Of a stretch of 64,000 bases of DNA, positions 1 through 10,330 are shown piece by piece. Location: assembly GCA_963712745.1 (NCBI GenBank), contig CAVQJC010000004.1, positions 1 to 64,000 of the forward strand, read 5' to 3'. The notes under the pieces were generated by a model that had not been told where the DNA came from, made no database searches, and worked only from the letters and a program-made list of their open reading frames with translations. How positions within the stretch are numbered: the first letter of the stretch is position 1; every line of letters begins with the position of its first letter. The position numbers and the translations under genes were made by a program. Source of the DNA: an uncultured Chloroflexia bacterium. GTDB lineage: Bacteria > Chloroflexota > Limnocylindria > Limnocylindrales > CSP1-4.

Positions 1-30
1 CTCTGTTGTATCTGACTGGGAATAGTGCGC
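1..30 (+). repeat. Left terminal inverted repeat of the IS
   Basis: Perfect inverted match to 2202-2231. Confidence 0.93.
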
Positions 31-47
31 TGAGCGTGCCGCCCTAG

Positions 48-2180
48 GTGACACTACGGTCGTCCACATTCGTGTCGATGGCACGCACGAAGAAGGATCC
101 CAGCATCGTCCGTCCGCCGTGTCCGGAGCACCCGGGCAGCGTCGTGCGGCTGGATGGCTTCGAGCGGAGCCGATGGAGCGATGCGCACCGGCGGCCCCGG
201 TATCGCTGCGTGACGGTGCCGGGCACCAGGGGTCACTCGTTCAGCCTGCCGGTCGCGGTGCGCCAGCCGACCGAGCATCATCCCGACTCGGGAGCCGCGT
301 GCCCCACCTGCGAGCACGTGTATGCCCGCCACGAGGGTGTGAGGACCGGGCGGGGCTTCGTGTTCGGCCATCAGGAGATCGCCCGGCTCTTCCTTCGTGT
401 CGGCGAGGGCATGAGCCTGCGCGCGGCGAGCCGCGAGCTGCGCGCTTCGGTCTTCCGTCCCTGTCCCCGTCATCGCTCGGTGCGAGCGGCGACATCGATC
501 GGCCCGGGCGAGACGAGCCGCCAGGCCAACCTCGCGGTCGACTACCTCGACGCCTTCGCCCCGGCCGTCGTCGCTGCGCTCGGCCCGACCGCCTGGCCGC
601 GGGTCATCGTCCTCGACAGCCTGCCCTTGCTGACCCGTGGCTACCGACCGTCCGGGGGCGGGGACGGGGACGACCAGCGGCGGGTCGGCAACCTCAAGGC
701 CGGCACGATCCTCGTCGGGCTCGACGGGACGGTCGGCGGTACCCGACCCTGCCTGATACGGGTCGCCGGCGCCAAGGACGCCGAGAGCTGGAAGGACTTC
801 CTCACCACGCTCGGCGGGGCTCCCGAGGTCGTCGTGGCCGATCTCGACGCGGCCATCGCACGAGCCGTGCGCGAGACCTGGCCCGATGCGACCATCCAGC
901 CCTCGCGGCGCCACCTCGCGGCGCTCATGCGGGACCGCGCGCTCGACGACGGGGTGCCCGCGCGGATCCACGCCGGGACCCCCGAGCCGCTCGCCCGCCC
1001 GCTGCCCTGGACCGGCGAGCGAGTGAGGCGGTGGACCGATCATCCGCTCCACGCGGCCATGCTCACCGCCCTTCGCGGTCCCACCGAGTGGGCCGCCTTC
1101 GGAGCGCTCGTCGAGCGCCACGTCCCGTCCGACCAGCTCGCCCTGCGCGGTTGGATCGCGACGAACGAGCCGCTCATCGCGCGACAGTGGGCGATCGAGG
1201 AGCGCCACGGCGAGGTGCCGCTCTCGACCGGCGCCCTCGAGGGCGCCATCGGCGAGTGGCTCGCACCCATCCGGCGAGTGGCCGGGCGCTGGCAGAACGC
1301 CCGCCGGCTCGATCTCGTGCTCGGGCTCATCACCCTGCGCGCCCGGGGCGAGGCCCGCGAGGCCCGCTACACCGCGCTCGTCCGGGCCGCCTTCGAGGCC
1401 CGCTGCAACCGCTCGCACCTGCCGGGTGAGGACGTCCTGCCCGTCGAGACGTACCGCGGCCACGAGCGGCCGATGGGCTGGTGGCGGACCTGGAAGGATC
1501 GGGCCGAGCCGTCGCTGCCCCGGCTCGTGCGCGAGGCCGAGCGGCGCTGGCGGAAGCGCGCGAGCGACGACCACGCCGAGCGGGTCCGCGAGCGCCTGGC
1601 CCGATGCTACGCCGCGGAGACGGACCTGCGCGCCCACCTCGGCCTGCCGACACCGCCCTCGGGTCGACCCGAGCGAGCGATCCCGCGCCGGACCGGATCG
1701 GTCCGGGGCCGCAGCCTCGCCGACTACCCGGACCTGCTCCTCGAGTGGGCCTGGGACGCCAACGGCGGGCTCGACCCGCACCGGCTCGCGGCGGGCAGCC
1801 ACCAGCGGGTGGCCTGGCGTTGCCTTCTGGAGCCCGCCCACGTCTGGGAGACGAAGGTCGCCGACCGCACGTACCACGACTCCGCGTGCCCCTATCACAT
1901 GGGCACTCGGGTCCACCCCGCCGAGTCGCTCGCGGCCTACTTCCCCTGGCTGGCACGAGAGTGGCATCCGACCCGCAACGAGCTGCGGCCCGACCAGGTC
2001 AGCCGGGCCTCGGCCCGCATGATCGTCTGGCGCTGCGGGCACGGCCACGAGTGGTCCGCGGTCGTCTACCAGCGGACGCTCTCAGGCAGCGGCTGCCCCG
2101 AGTGCTATCGCCTCGAGGCGGCGGAGCGCTCCAAGGCCGGCAAGCGTCGCGCCCGCGAGAGGAGAGCCCGGGCGGCCTGA
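48..2180 (+). CDS. DDE transposase (IS256/Mutator-like core) with N-terminal Cys/His motifs, an HTH, and two C-terminal DUF4379-like zinc-ribbon repeats
   Basis: Motifs VIVLD / AESWKDFLTTL..PEVVVADLDAAIARAVRETWPDATIQPSRRH / STGALEG; HTH-like GMSLRAASREL; two repeats of the form SLA..P.L..EW...N...P..V...S...V.WRC..H.W...V..RT....CP; alternative start ATG 78. Confidence 0.8.
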   Translation: MTLRSSTFVSMARTKKDPSIVRPPCPEHPGSVVRLDGFERSRWSDAHRRPRYRCVTVPGTRGHSFSLPVAVRQPTEHHPDSGAACPTCEHVYARHEGVRTGRGFVFGHQEIARLFLRVGEGMSLRAASRELRASVFRPCPRHRSVRAATSIGPGETSRQANLAVDYLDAFAPAVVAALGPTAWPRVIVLDSLPLLTRGYRPSGGGDGDDQRRVGNLKAGTILVGLDGTVGGTRPCLIRVAGAKDAESWKDFLTTLGGAPEVVVADLDAAIARAVRETWPDATIQPSRRHLAALMRDRALDDGVPARIHAGTPEPLARPLPWTGERVRRWTDHPLHAAMLTALRGPTEWAAFGALVERHVPSDQLALRGWIATNEPLIARQWAIEERHGEVPLSTGALEGAIGEWLAPIRRVAGRWQNARRLDLVLGLITLRARGEAREARYTALVRAAFEARCNRSHLPGEDVLPVETYRGHERPMGWWRTWKDRAEPSLPRLVREAERRWRKRASDDHAERVRERLARCYAAETDLRAHLGLPTPPSGRPERAIPRRTGSVRGRSLADYPDLLLEWAWDANGGLDPHRLAAGSHQRVAWRCLLEPAHVWETKVADRTYHDSACPYHMGTRVHPAESLAAYFPWLAREWHPTRNELRPDQVSRASARMIVWRCGHGHEWSAVVYQRTLSGSGCPECYRLEAAERSKAGKRRARERRARAA

Positions 2181-2201
2181 TCGACCCCCGTCGCCCCTCG
2201 G

Positions 2202-2231
2202 GCGCACTATTCCCAGTCAGATACAACAGAG
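2202..2231 (-). repeat. Right terminal inverted repeat of the IS
   Basis: gcgcactattcccagtcagatacaacagag is the reverse complement of 1-30. Confidence 0.93.
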
Positions 2232-2259
2232 TGGACGCCATCCCAGCCTGCGGCAGCGA

Positions 2260-2916
2260 CTACATCTCCTTGACCGAGGCATACCAGACGCGGTCGGCGA
2301 CATCGACCAGGGCCTCGGCGATGCGCGACATGCGACGGTAGAGCTCGCGCCGGCCGATCATCTCGCGCACGTCGACGCCGCGCAGGACCTCGGGGTCCTC
2401 GAGGCGCAACAGACCACTCATGGCGTGGCGGTAGATCTTCTCCATCTTGCGAGCGGACTTCGTGGCTTCGTCTGCGGCTGCGGTCGCGGTGCGCCCGCGG
2501 TCGGGCCCGCCGTGGATGTCCAGCGCGCCGAAGGCACGTGACAGGTGGCGGACGCCCTCGTGGAGACGCGCAGCCATCTCGGCCATGCTCGCGTCGGGCA
2601 TCATGTCCATGACCTCGGCTTCGCGCACGGTGTCCTTCGACCAGTTGAGGATCTTGTCAAGGTTGCCCGAGAGGATGAAGATGTCCTCGGGGCTGATGGG
2701 TGTGATGAAGGCGTCGCGGACCGAGGCCCGGACCTCGGCCTTGGCCTCGTCAGCATCATGCTCATAAGATCGGACGCGATCCGCTGCGGAGGCATCGCCG
2801 CCGGCCCACGCCTCGAACGCAGCTACCCCCTGCACGGTGATGGCCATCTGCCGGCGCAACCCGCCGAGCGAGTCGGTGTCGGCAGGCAGGAACCAGTGCT
2901 TCGGGTGTCGCATCAT
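2260..2916 (-). CDS. DUF47 / PhoU-like phosphate transport accessory protein
   Basis: EHDADEAK...AFITPISPEDIFILSGNLD signature; start overlaps the pit stop codon. Confidence 0.88.
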   Translation of the reverse strand: MMRHPKHWFLPADTDSLGGLRRQMAITVQGVAAFEAWAGGDASAADRVRSYEHDADEAKAEVRASVRDAFITPISPEDIFILSGNLDKILNWSKDTVREAEVMDMMPDASMAEMAARLHEGVRHLSRAFGALDIHGGPDRGRTATAAADEATKSARKMEKIYRHAMSGLLRLEDPEVLRGVDVREMIGRRELYRRMSRIAEALVDVADRVWYASVKEM

Positions 2917-3935
2917 CAGACTCCAGCAAGGAAGCGCCACAAGGGCAGGGACAGGACGGCCACGATGGCTGCACCGGGCATGGTCGTCAACCAGGCCACG
3001 CCGATCTCGCGCACGATGCCCCAGCTGATGTGGCGCCAGCGGCGCCTGCCGGCGCCGATGCCGACCACCGAGGAGGACACGACCTGGCTCGTACTCACCG
3101 GTAGGCCACCGATCGAGGCGCCGAAGATGACGCCGGCCGAGCTGGTCTGGCTGACGATGCCATCGATGGTGTGAAGCGGGTAGATGCGTATGCCGATGGT
3201 CTTCACGATACGCCAGCCGCCGAGGGCGGTGCCGATGGTCAGGGCCAGCGAGCAGGCCACCACGACGATGACGCCCGAGTCACCGACCGAGGACGTGTAG
3301 CCAGACGCGACGAGCATGGCCCCGATGACGCCGACGACCTTCTGCGAGTCGTTGGCGCCGTGGCTGAACGCCAGCCAGGCCGAAGTCAGCCACTGCGCGG
3401 TACGAACAGGCCTGCTGGCCCGCGTCGTGGCCTGCCTCGCGAGCCGCAGCGCCACCCGTTCGAGGACCCAGGATGCGCCGAAGCCGAGGAGCGTGGCCAG
3501 CACGATGCCGATCAGGATGCCGAAGACGCCACCGATGTGACCATTCGCGAACGGACCCCAGAAGACGGCGTCCAGGCCCTCGGAGACGATGGCTGCTCCC
3601 ACGAGTCCGCCGACCAGGGCATGGCTCGACGAGGAGGGAATGCCGCGCTGCCAGGTAGCGAGGTTCCAGATGACCGCGCCGGTGAGCCCCGCGCCGATGA
3701 CCGGCACCATGATCGACGGGTCGACGGTGACGATCCTGGCTACGGTGTCCGCGACCGCGGCCCCGAGCAGGAACGGACCGAGTAGGTTCGCGACCGAGGC
3801 CATCGCGATGGCGGGCAGGGGCCGGGCCGCGCGAGTGGCGACCAGCGTGGCGATGGCGTTGGCAGCGTCGTGAAAGCCGTTGGTCAGCGCGAAGGCGAGC
3901 GCGACGAGAACGGCGGCGATGAGGACTGGATCCAC
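2916..3935 (-). CDS. pit: Inorganic phosphate transporter (PiT family)
   Basis: NGFHDAANAIAT, GIPSSSSHALVGG, HGANDSQK and PVSTSQ motifs. Confidence 0.95.
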   Translation of the reverse strand: MDPVLIAAVLVALAFALTNGFHDAANAIATLVATRAARPLPAIAMASVANLLGPFLLGAAVADTVARIVTVDPSIMVPVIGAGLTGAVIWNLATWQRGIPSSSSHALVGGLVGAAIVSEGLDAVFWGPFANGHIGGVFGILIGIVLATLLGFGASWVLERVALRLARQATTRASRPVRTAQWLTSAWLAFSHGANDSQKVVGVIGAMLVASGYTSSVGDSGVIVVVACSLALTIGTALGGWRIVKTIGIRIYPLHTIDGIVSQTSSAGVIFGASIGGLPVSTSQVVSSSVVGIGAGRRRWRHISWGIVREIGVAWLTTMPGAAIVAVLSLPLWRFLAGV

Positions 3936-4040
3936 GCGCCCCTCCTGCGGCGTTGGGCGTTGATGTCGCGAGTCTGGTCATCTTGCGCCAGTCGATGCAG
4001 CGTGGGCCCATCGTCGCCCTGACCCATCGATCTGCCCGTC

Positions 4041-4670
4041 TCAGATTCGGGATGCCCTGATGAGCCGCTCCGGGTCGGCGAGCACCTTGGTGATGCCCTC
4101 CACGTCGCCAGCCACGACCTCACGAGGCTGCACGAACAGTGGATGGCTTGCGTCGCTCACGCAGAGAGACGTGTCCAGCATCCGGAGGGCATCGGGGTAG
4201 TCGTCTGGCTCGTAGTCCACGGCCCGACTCGCTGGCGGCTGGGTCCAGGGGAAGCCGTTGCCGAGGCCTTCACGAGTCCGGAACAGGGGATCGGAGGTCA
4301 CCGGCGCGACGTGCCAGAGCATCGCATCGAGACCTTCGGCCAGCAGCGCCCGACCGAGGATGTCGCGGAAGGTCTGCGCTGGGACACTGAACCCCAGCAC
4401 CTCCGGATCGAACCTCAGGCGGTACAGGTAATAGACGGAGGTCCGATCATCGGGCACGCTCGGCGGGATGAGCCCCGGAATCTTCCCGAGGTGCTCGTTG
4501 AGGAACGCGGCGTTCGCCTGTGCGGTCTCGATGTAGCCCGGCAGGCGCTTCAACAGTGACCGTGCCAGGGCTGCGGGCATCTCCTGGTGGCGGTAGTCCC
4601 AGCCGATGCTGTGGGTCGTGTAGGGCCGGAACTCCCACCCGGACAGCTCCCGCAGCTCTTTGTCGTGATG
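4041..4670 (-). pseudogene. C-terminal fragment of a DegT/DnrJ/EryC1/StrS aminotransferase
   Basis: GWDYRHQEMPAALARSLLKRL...NAAFL...L.KIPGL..P......SVYYLY; the N-terminal PLP-binding half is not evident upstream. Confidence 0.7.
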
Positions 4671-4920
4671 GGACGATGGCACGCCAGGCCGAGGTTGGCC
4701 GACACCCCGACGGTCTGCCCCGGCCCGACGCACGAGGACGAGAGAGGACGTTCGTGCATTTCCGCTGGTCTACGGGCCGATTCGGTCGATGTCGAGCGAT
4801 GGGTCGGACGGGTGTTAGGGAAGTCGAACAGAAAGGGGATGCCACCGCGCATCTCGTCTAGACGTCTGCCCCCTCGCGGGACGGGACGAACTCGAATGCA
4901 TCCGAGACGGCGCGATGGTG

Positions 4921-5846
4921 CTAGTCGAGGAGCGCCATCACGGTCTCGGTTAGCAGCTCGGTCGGCACGGTGTGGCCACCCTCGAACGCGGTCAGCTCCA
5001 CGTCGTAGCCAGCCTCGACGAGCAGGGCCTCGAACAGGGCCGACTGCTCGAACGGGACGGTGTAGTCGGGGTCCGAGTGCAGGAGCCGCACCCGCAGCTC
5101 GGGATGCAGCCCCACCGTGGCCCAGAGCGTCTGCCAGAGGTCGGGCTGATCGTGCTCCAGCTAGGAAGTCCCGGCCGTACAGGCCCTCGATGCCCACGAA
5201 GGTGTCATAGGGGCCGCCGATGCCGACGAAGTCATCGACGCGGGTCGAGGCCTCACTGACCGTGCAGTCGTACTGCGCTGGTGGACCGTCCTCGGACGCC
5301 TCGTGCTCGTCCCACACTCGGTCGAAGTCCGTCCCGGCGAGCGCCACATGGGAGGCCACGCCGGCACCGAACGAGAAGCCGACCAGCACGAGCGGTGCCG
5401 TCTCGCTCCCGTACGCCGACCCACGGGCGAAACGGACGGCGCAGGCCACGGCCTCCGCCAAGGCCCGGTAGCCCTGGGCGTTCTCGCCGATCGCCGTCTC
5501 TGGACGCAGGTTCGGGCCGTCCACCACCAGCACCGTCGTTCCCTGCTCGGCCAGGGTCTGCGCCAGGGGCCCCCCGTCACGAGCTCCCATGAGGTATCCG
5601 GGCACGTAGACGACGAGTGGCGCGTCGTCACCCTCGCCACCCACGTAGGCATCGAGCCTCAGCTCCGTCGGCGCATCCGGCCCGCCGCCGGTCGCGTAGA
5701 CGAAGATCTTTGATGACCATCACCTCGCCGGGTGGGTCCGATGTCGTGTCGGCCGGATCGTCGCCCTGGGCGACCACCGACGCTGGCAGGACCGCCGCGA
5801 CCACGAGGCACAGCGGTCCTGCGAGCGAAAGCCTCATCGTTCGCAT
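4921..5846 (-). pseudogene. Secreted alpha/beta hydrolase interrupted by two frameshifts (~5700, ~5160), possibly assembly errors
   Basis: Signal peptide MRTMRLSLAGPLCLVVAA after RBS GGAAGGAG; GFSFG nucleophile, HSDPDYTVP (Asp) and EGGH (His) lie in different frames. Confidence 0.75.
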
Positions 5847-5859
5847 CAGTCTCTCCTTC

Positions 5860-7239
5860 CTACTCGCTGGCGGCCACGGCCTCGGGGGTGATGACGTAGG
5901 TCTCGTGATCGCCGTCACGGATCCCGTCATCGCCGCCTGAGCCCACCACCCAGACCGCACCGTCAGGGGCGATGTCGTAGGAGTCGATGCACGTGTCCGG
6001 CAGGTAGGACGCCCACGACTCCTCGTCGAAGCGCCCGAGACCACCGCATCGATCCCGAGCGGGGCCGGCGGCGACCACCCACGCGCTGCCGTCGGGTGCG
6101 ACCCGCACGACGTCGCCGAATGGCCACCCCGGCTCGCCCCACGGTCGGACGCCATCCGCCTCGCCGTAGATGGTCCAGCCCGGGCCGTCGTACCGAGCGA
6201 GGCTCCGGTGGGGTTCGCCGTAGTCCCACAGCGTCCACAAGGTGCCGTCAGGGCCGACATCGAACATCTCGCTGCTGGCCAAGGGGCCCGCCCAGAGAAC
6301 GTCGGGCGGCGACTCCGCGGGGACTGGCACGATCTCCCAGTCGTCGCCATCGAAGTGCAGGAAGACCTCGGCGGGGTACCGTCCTACTTCGGGTCTACCC
6401 ATCAGCCACGCATCACCGTCAGGCGTCACCGCCAGCCCACCGACCAGTCCGTCGTGGACGTCCTTCCAGGAGAAAGCCTCGGCGATACCGCCGAGGGAGA
6501 CACGGACGAGGCTCCCTCCATCGCGAAGGAGCCAGAGCGTGCCGTCAGCCTGTACCTCGATGGCCGAGACGCCGCCATCCAGGCCGAGTACCTCTGGTGT
6601 GGCGGACCGCGGCCCCAACAGGTCGGTCAGATCGTCAGAGCCAGTCACGAGGCGTCCATCGACGATGTCCATCAGCCTGAGGTCCGTCCCCTGCCCGATG
6701 GGCCACTCCTCCTCCGCGCCGAGACGGAAGTAGCGCTCGTCTCCCACGATGTACCAGACCGCCCCTGCCCCGTCCACCATGACAAGATCTTGCCTCCGGG
6801 ACTCACGCGCCAGATGGGCAAGGTCCCGGACGCCATCGTTCAGGATGTGCAGGACCCCCGGCTCGACCTCCTCGGTGACCATGCCCGAGAGCAGTTCGTC
6901 GGTCATCGTCGGCGCTGGCGACTCGGTCACCGCCGCCGGGGCCATATCGTTGCCTTGTGGCGTGGTGAGGACGCCTGCGAGTAGGAAGCCGCCGAACAGC
7001 GCCACGATGACGGCAGCGGCGATGAACTTGAGTGCGGAGAACATCGTGAACCCCCTTTCCCTCGGGGTCGGCGAGGTGCCACCCCGAAGTCGTCGAGTGA
7101 TGACTGTCCAGCGACCGGTGGGGGCCGAGGTCACGGTTGAGTGCACGATGGCTGCCACGTCGACCGGGAGCGACGCTCGCCCGCCCTGCTGCATCACGGT
7201 CGCGAGCTGCCGCTCGAAGGCGTCCAAGTCTCCCATCAC
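5860..7239 (-). CDS. Membrane-anchored protein with extracellular beta-propeller-like repeats; putative anti-sigma partner
   Basis: Short N-terminal cytoplasmic part, one TM helix, repeated V.PDG.LW units; start overlaps the sigma factor stop. Confidence 0.72.
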   Translation of the reverse strand: MMGDLDAFERQLATVMQQGGRASLPVDVAAIVHSTVTSAPTGRWTVITRRLRGGTSPTPRERGFTMFSALKFIAAAVIVALFGGFLLAGVLTTPQGNDMAPAAVTESPAPTMTDELLSGMVTEEVEPGVLHILNDGVRDLAHLARESRRQDLVMVDGAGAVWYIVGDERYFRLGAEEEWPIGQGTDLRLMDIVDGRLVTGSDDLTDLLGPRSATPEVLGLDGGVSAIEVQADGTLWLLRDGGSLVRVSLGGIAEAFSWKDVHDGLVGGLAVTPDGDAWLMGRPEVGRYPAEVFLHFDGDDWEIVPVPAESPPDVLWAGPLASSEMFDVGPDGTLWTLWDYGEPHRSLARYDGPGWTIYGEADGVRPWGEPGWPFGDVVRVAPDGSAWVVAAGPARDRCGGLGRFDEESWASYLPDTCIDSYDIAPDGAVWVVGSGGDDGIRDGDHETYVITPEAVAASE

Positions 7240-7650
7240 TCCAGTTCCCGCTTGAGTCCTGCCAGCAGGCGCTCGATGCGTGTGCGAGTGCCCGATGGGC
7301 TCAGGCCGATCGTCGCCGCGAGCTCTTTGGAATCGAATCCGGCGACGTAGCGCATCGCGAGCAGTCCCCGGTCCTCAGGCGCGAGTCGCCCGATGGCCGC
7401 CAGCATGTCCAGTGAGTCGATGCCGGTCGCCGGATCGATGCTTCCGGGCAAGCGGGAGGCATCGATGGTCACCTCCACTCGCGTGCGCCGACCCCGTTGC
7501 TCGAGGAGGCGCTTCGCCTCGTTGACGGCAACCCGCATCAGCCACGAGCGCAGTCGATCGGGATCGCGTAGGGAGGCCAGCTTCTGCCAAGCGATCGACC
7601 ACGCCGACTGCACAGCATCCTCGGCGAGACCGACATCGCCGGTGACCCAT
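7236..7650 (-). pseudogene. ECF sigma-70 factor lacking its N-terminus
   Basis: VTGDVGLAEDAVQSAW...LRDPDRLRSWL and region-4 MRYVAGFDSKELAATIG; in-frame TGA just upstream of VTGD. Confidence 0.78.
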
Positions 7651-7679
7651 CACCACAGCCATCGAGCCGTTTGCCCGTA

Positions 7680-8815
7680 TCAGGACGGCAGCGTGCCTCT
7701 AATCATGGCCAGAGGCAAGGATGACGCCGCTCGAGACGCCATCCGCGCGGTGACGTACGCTGCGTCGCGCCCCGCGCCCGCCACGAGCATCGAGGTGAAG
7801 GCGTACTGGAAGGGCAAGCCCAGGAAATACACGCCCGGCGCTGATTCGACCACGCCTCGATATTGCAGCGGCCAATCGTGCTCATCGAAGATCGGCAAGT
7901 CGATCCAGCCGTAGTCTGGGCGAAAACCCGTGCACCAGAGCACGTTCGCCACGTCGAGTTCCCGTCCGCCGTCTAGGACGGGTTTGCCATCCTTGGCGCC
8001 GACGACGCGGGCTTCGATGGATTCCACGCCGGCGCGATCCAAGTCGACGGCTCTGACGCGTAGCAGGGGGGCGCCCGACTTCCTGACTTCTGGCGCGACC
8101 TTGCGGCCGACGGGCGTCCCCAGGGTCAGGACGTTCGAGGCAAGGAACTCGAGCACGGGCCACGCCAAGCGCCCGGTCCGGCTGTCGACCGAGAATGGCA
8201 ACTGCCCGTGGCTGCGGCCCGACAAGATGGTGCGATGACCATTCCGCACCGCCTCGAGTGCGAGGTCAGCGCCAGAGTGACTCCTGCCTACCACCAGCAC
8301 GGGGCCGTCGGCGAACTGTGACGGATCCTGTAGTGGCCCGAGTGGAACTGCCGGATGTCCGGGTCCAGGTCGATGGCGAAGTCCGGCACATGGGGCTTCC
8401 TGTAGTAGCCGCCGGCGATGACCACCTGTGGGGCGCGGAACACGCCGCCAGCGGTCCTGACGAGGTAGCCGCCCGATCCAACCGTGTCTGCCTCGAGTGC
8501 TTCGACCTTGACGCTGGTCCGGACCGGCAGCTTGAACCGCTGTGCATACGCCTCGAGGTAGTCGGCCATCTGCTGGCCGGTGGGAAACACGTGACCCGGC
8601 AGCGGAAATGGCATCCCCGGCAAGGCATCCGCCTTGGCCGGACTGTACAGACGCAGCGAGTCGTAGCGCTTGCGCCAGGTGTCACCGACCCGTGCCGCAC
8701 TCTCCAGGACGACGAAGTCCGCGCCCTGCTGCGCTAGGTGGAACGCGGCTGCCAGGCCCGACTGGCCAGCGCCGACGATGATCGCGTCGTGATGCTCGCT
8801 CTGGATCCCATTCAC
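7680..8815 (-). pseudogene. Flavin-containing monooxygenase-family oxidoreductase with one frameshift (~8325)
   Basis: IIVGAGQSG, GDTWRKRYDSLRL, FHSGHYR, then VLVVG.SHSG and WCTGF in the next frame. Confidence 0.85.
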
Positions 8816-8936
8816 CGCTCGCTATCCTCCGCTTCCGGGATCGCCCCCATATGCCGACTGTGGGTGATGCTGTCGGGCGCCGATGATGCGGTCGAGTCCG
8901 AAAACAGAACTGGTGGACCGGGGCTGGCATGGGACA

Positions 8937-9674
8937 ATGCCCGGCATGGGACTGGGCACACAGGACGACTATTGCTCGTTCACGAAAGCCGTCGAGCACC
9001 TGGGCGACCGCTGGAGCTTCCTCATCGTGCGGGAGTTGGTGATGGGAGGTCCGCAAGGCTTCAACGCGTTGGCCACCGGGCTACCCGGTCACATCTCTCG
9101 ATCGGTGCTCACCGACAAGCTGCACAAGCTCGAAGACCTGGGCCTCATCTCGCGACAGGCGCGTTCGGGTCGTACCGAACCGTATCGACTGACCTCAGCA
9201 GGCGAAGCGCTCGTTCCGACACTGCTCTCCTTGCGGGATTGGGCCGAGGCGTGGATGCCCGACGATCCCGCCATGGTCGAGCGTGACCCCGAGATCATCT
9301 GGGGCTGGCTCGCAAATCGGATCGACCCCGCCCGACTGCCGGTCCGCCAGGCGATCATCGCGATCACGATGCGACGCGACGACGAGCGCCGCTCGTGGAT
9401 CGTGTTGCAGCAGGGCGTCGAGCCCTACGGGTGCCTGGAGGATCCGCTGCTCGACGAGAGTCGCTACGTCTATGTCGAGGCCGGTCTCGCGGTGCTGCTC
9501 TCGCTCGCGAGGGGCCACCGGAGTTGGCGCCATGCCATCGCAGACGGATCAGTGCACGTGTTCGGCGATCCCGACCTCGTGGCTGCCCTCCCGGATTGGT
9601 TCGTCGATGACCCACCCCCCGCAGGCTCGATGCCAAGCCCCATACCGGAAGCTGGAGTCCCCGCGCTCGCCTGA
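8937..9674 (+). CDS. HxlR-family winged-helix regulator with SCP2-like C-terminus
   Basis: YCSFTKAVEHLGDRWSFLIVREL...GFNAL...ISRSVL; divergent from the monooxygenase; start uncertain. Confidence 0.88.
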   Translation: MPGMGLGTQDDYCSFTKAVEHLGDRWSFLIVRELVMGGPQGFNALATGLPGHISRSVLTDKLHKLEDLGLISRQARSGRTEPYRLTSAGEALVPTLLSLRDWAEAWMPDDPAMVERDPEIIWGWLANRIDPARLPVRQAIIAITMRRDDERRSWIVLQQGVEPYGCLEDPLLDESRYVYVEAGLAVLLSLARGHRSWRHAIADGSVHVFGDPDLVAALPDWFVDDPPPAGSMPSPIPEAGVPALA

Positions 9675-9917
9675 CGACGACGAACGGCGGTCTCGCGTTC
9701 AGATCGGCGGACACGGAGCTGCCTCGTTGCAGATGTGTCCTCGTTGGGTAGGACGAGCCGCCATGACTCGACTACGCGGCCCACTCAGCCCGCGGAGATG
9801 TCCCGCCTCGGTCGCGCCGCAGAGGATCTGGCCAACGGGTGGCACTGGGGGAGCGGTACCGGGGTGCGGTTCGGCCATGAGGGAGCCTTGGTGGGGCTGT
9901 GGCGCCGCTGGCGGACG

Positions 9918-9958
9918 CACGAACCCCCCGGCGTTTGCCGTGTCACCGGGGGGTCGTG
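9918..9958. terminator. Stem-loop in a long intergenic region
   Basis: cacgaaccccccgg ... ccggggggtcgtg, near-perfect inverted repeat; no clear U-tract. Confidence 0.4.
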
Positions 9959-10330
9959 AGTGGTTGGAGTCGAGTCCGTACCCTGCCGGGCCTGCGAGTG
10001 GGCGGATATGGCCAGATAGTCCTGGTGCGCAGGTGTCGCGGCAGAGTGCGTTGTAGAGCGAGGACGACGCGACGATGCTGCGGGGCACGCCGCTGGAGGG
10101 TGACACCCTGCCTTGACCACGGCGATATCGTCTCTGGGCAATGGGCCACCCGCCGGTCAAAACCCAGGACGTGGTGTCACACCGTCGTCCTCGCGTCCGA
10201 TCGGTCAGCTCGCCATTACTCGTCGCCGACGCGGTGGTGGTCGATCGACCACATCGTTGTGAACGGTCAAGACCCAGCGCGTGCGATACTCCCGCGGGGG
10301 TTCTCCTGTCGTACCCAAGGGAGACAACTC

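Larger units (their letters stand above)
1..2231. mobile_element. Insertion sequence with 30-bp perfect terminal inverted repeats (left end may extend beyond the window start)
   Basis: 1-30 ctctgttgtatctgactgggaatagtgcgc is the exact reverse complement of 2202-2231, and the two enclose a single transposase-like ORF. Confidence 0.9.

Noticed and set aside
2232-2259. Target-site duplication of the IS
   Set aside because: The left flank lies outside the window, so this cannot be assessed.
9675-10330. Gene or ncRNA in the ~650-bp gap
   Set aside because: ORFs here lack recognisable motifs and RBS; only one hairpin is supportable.
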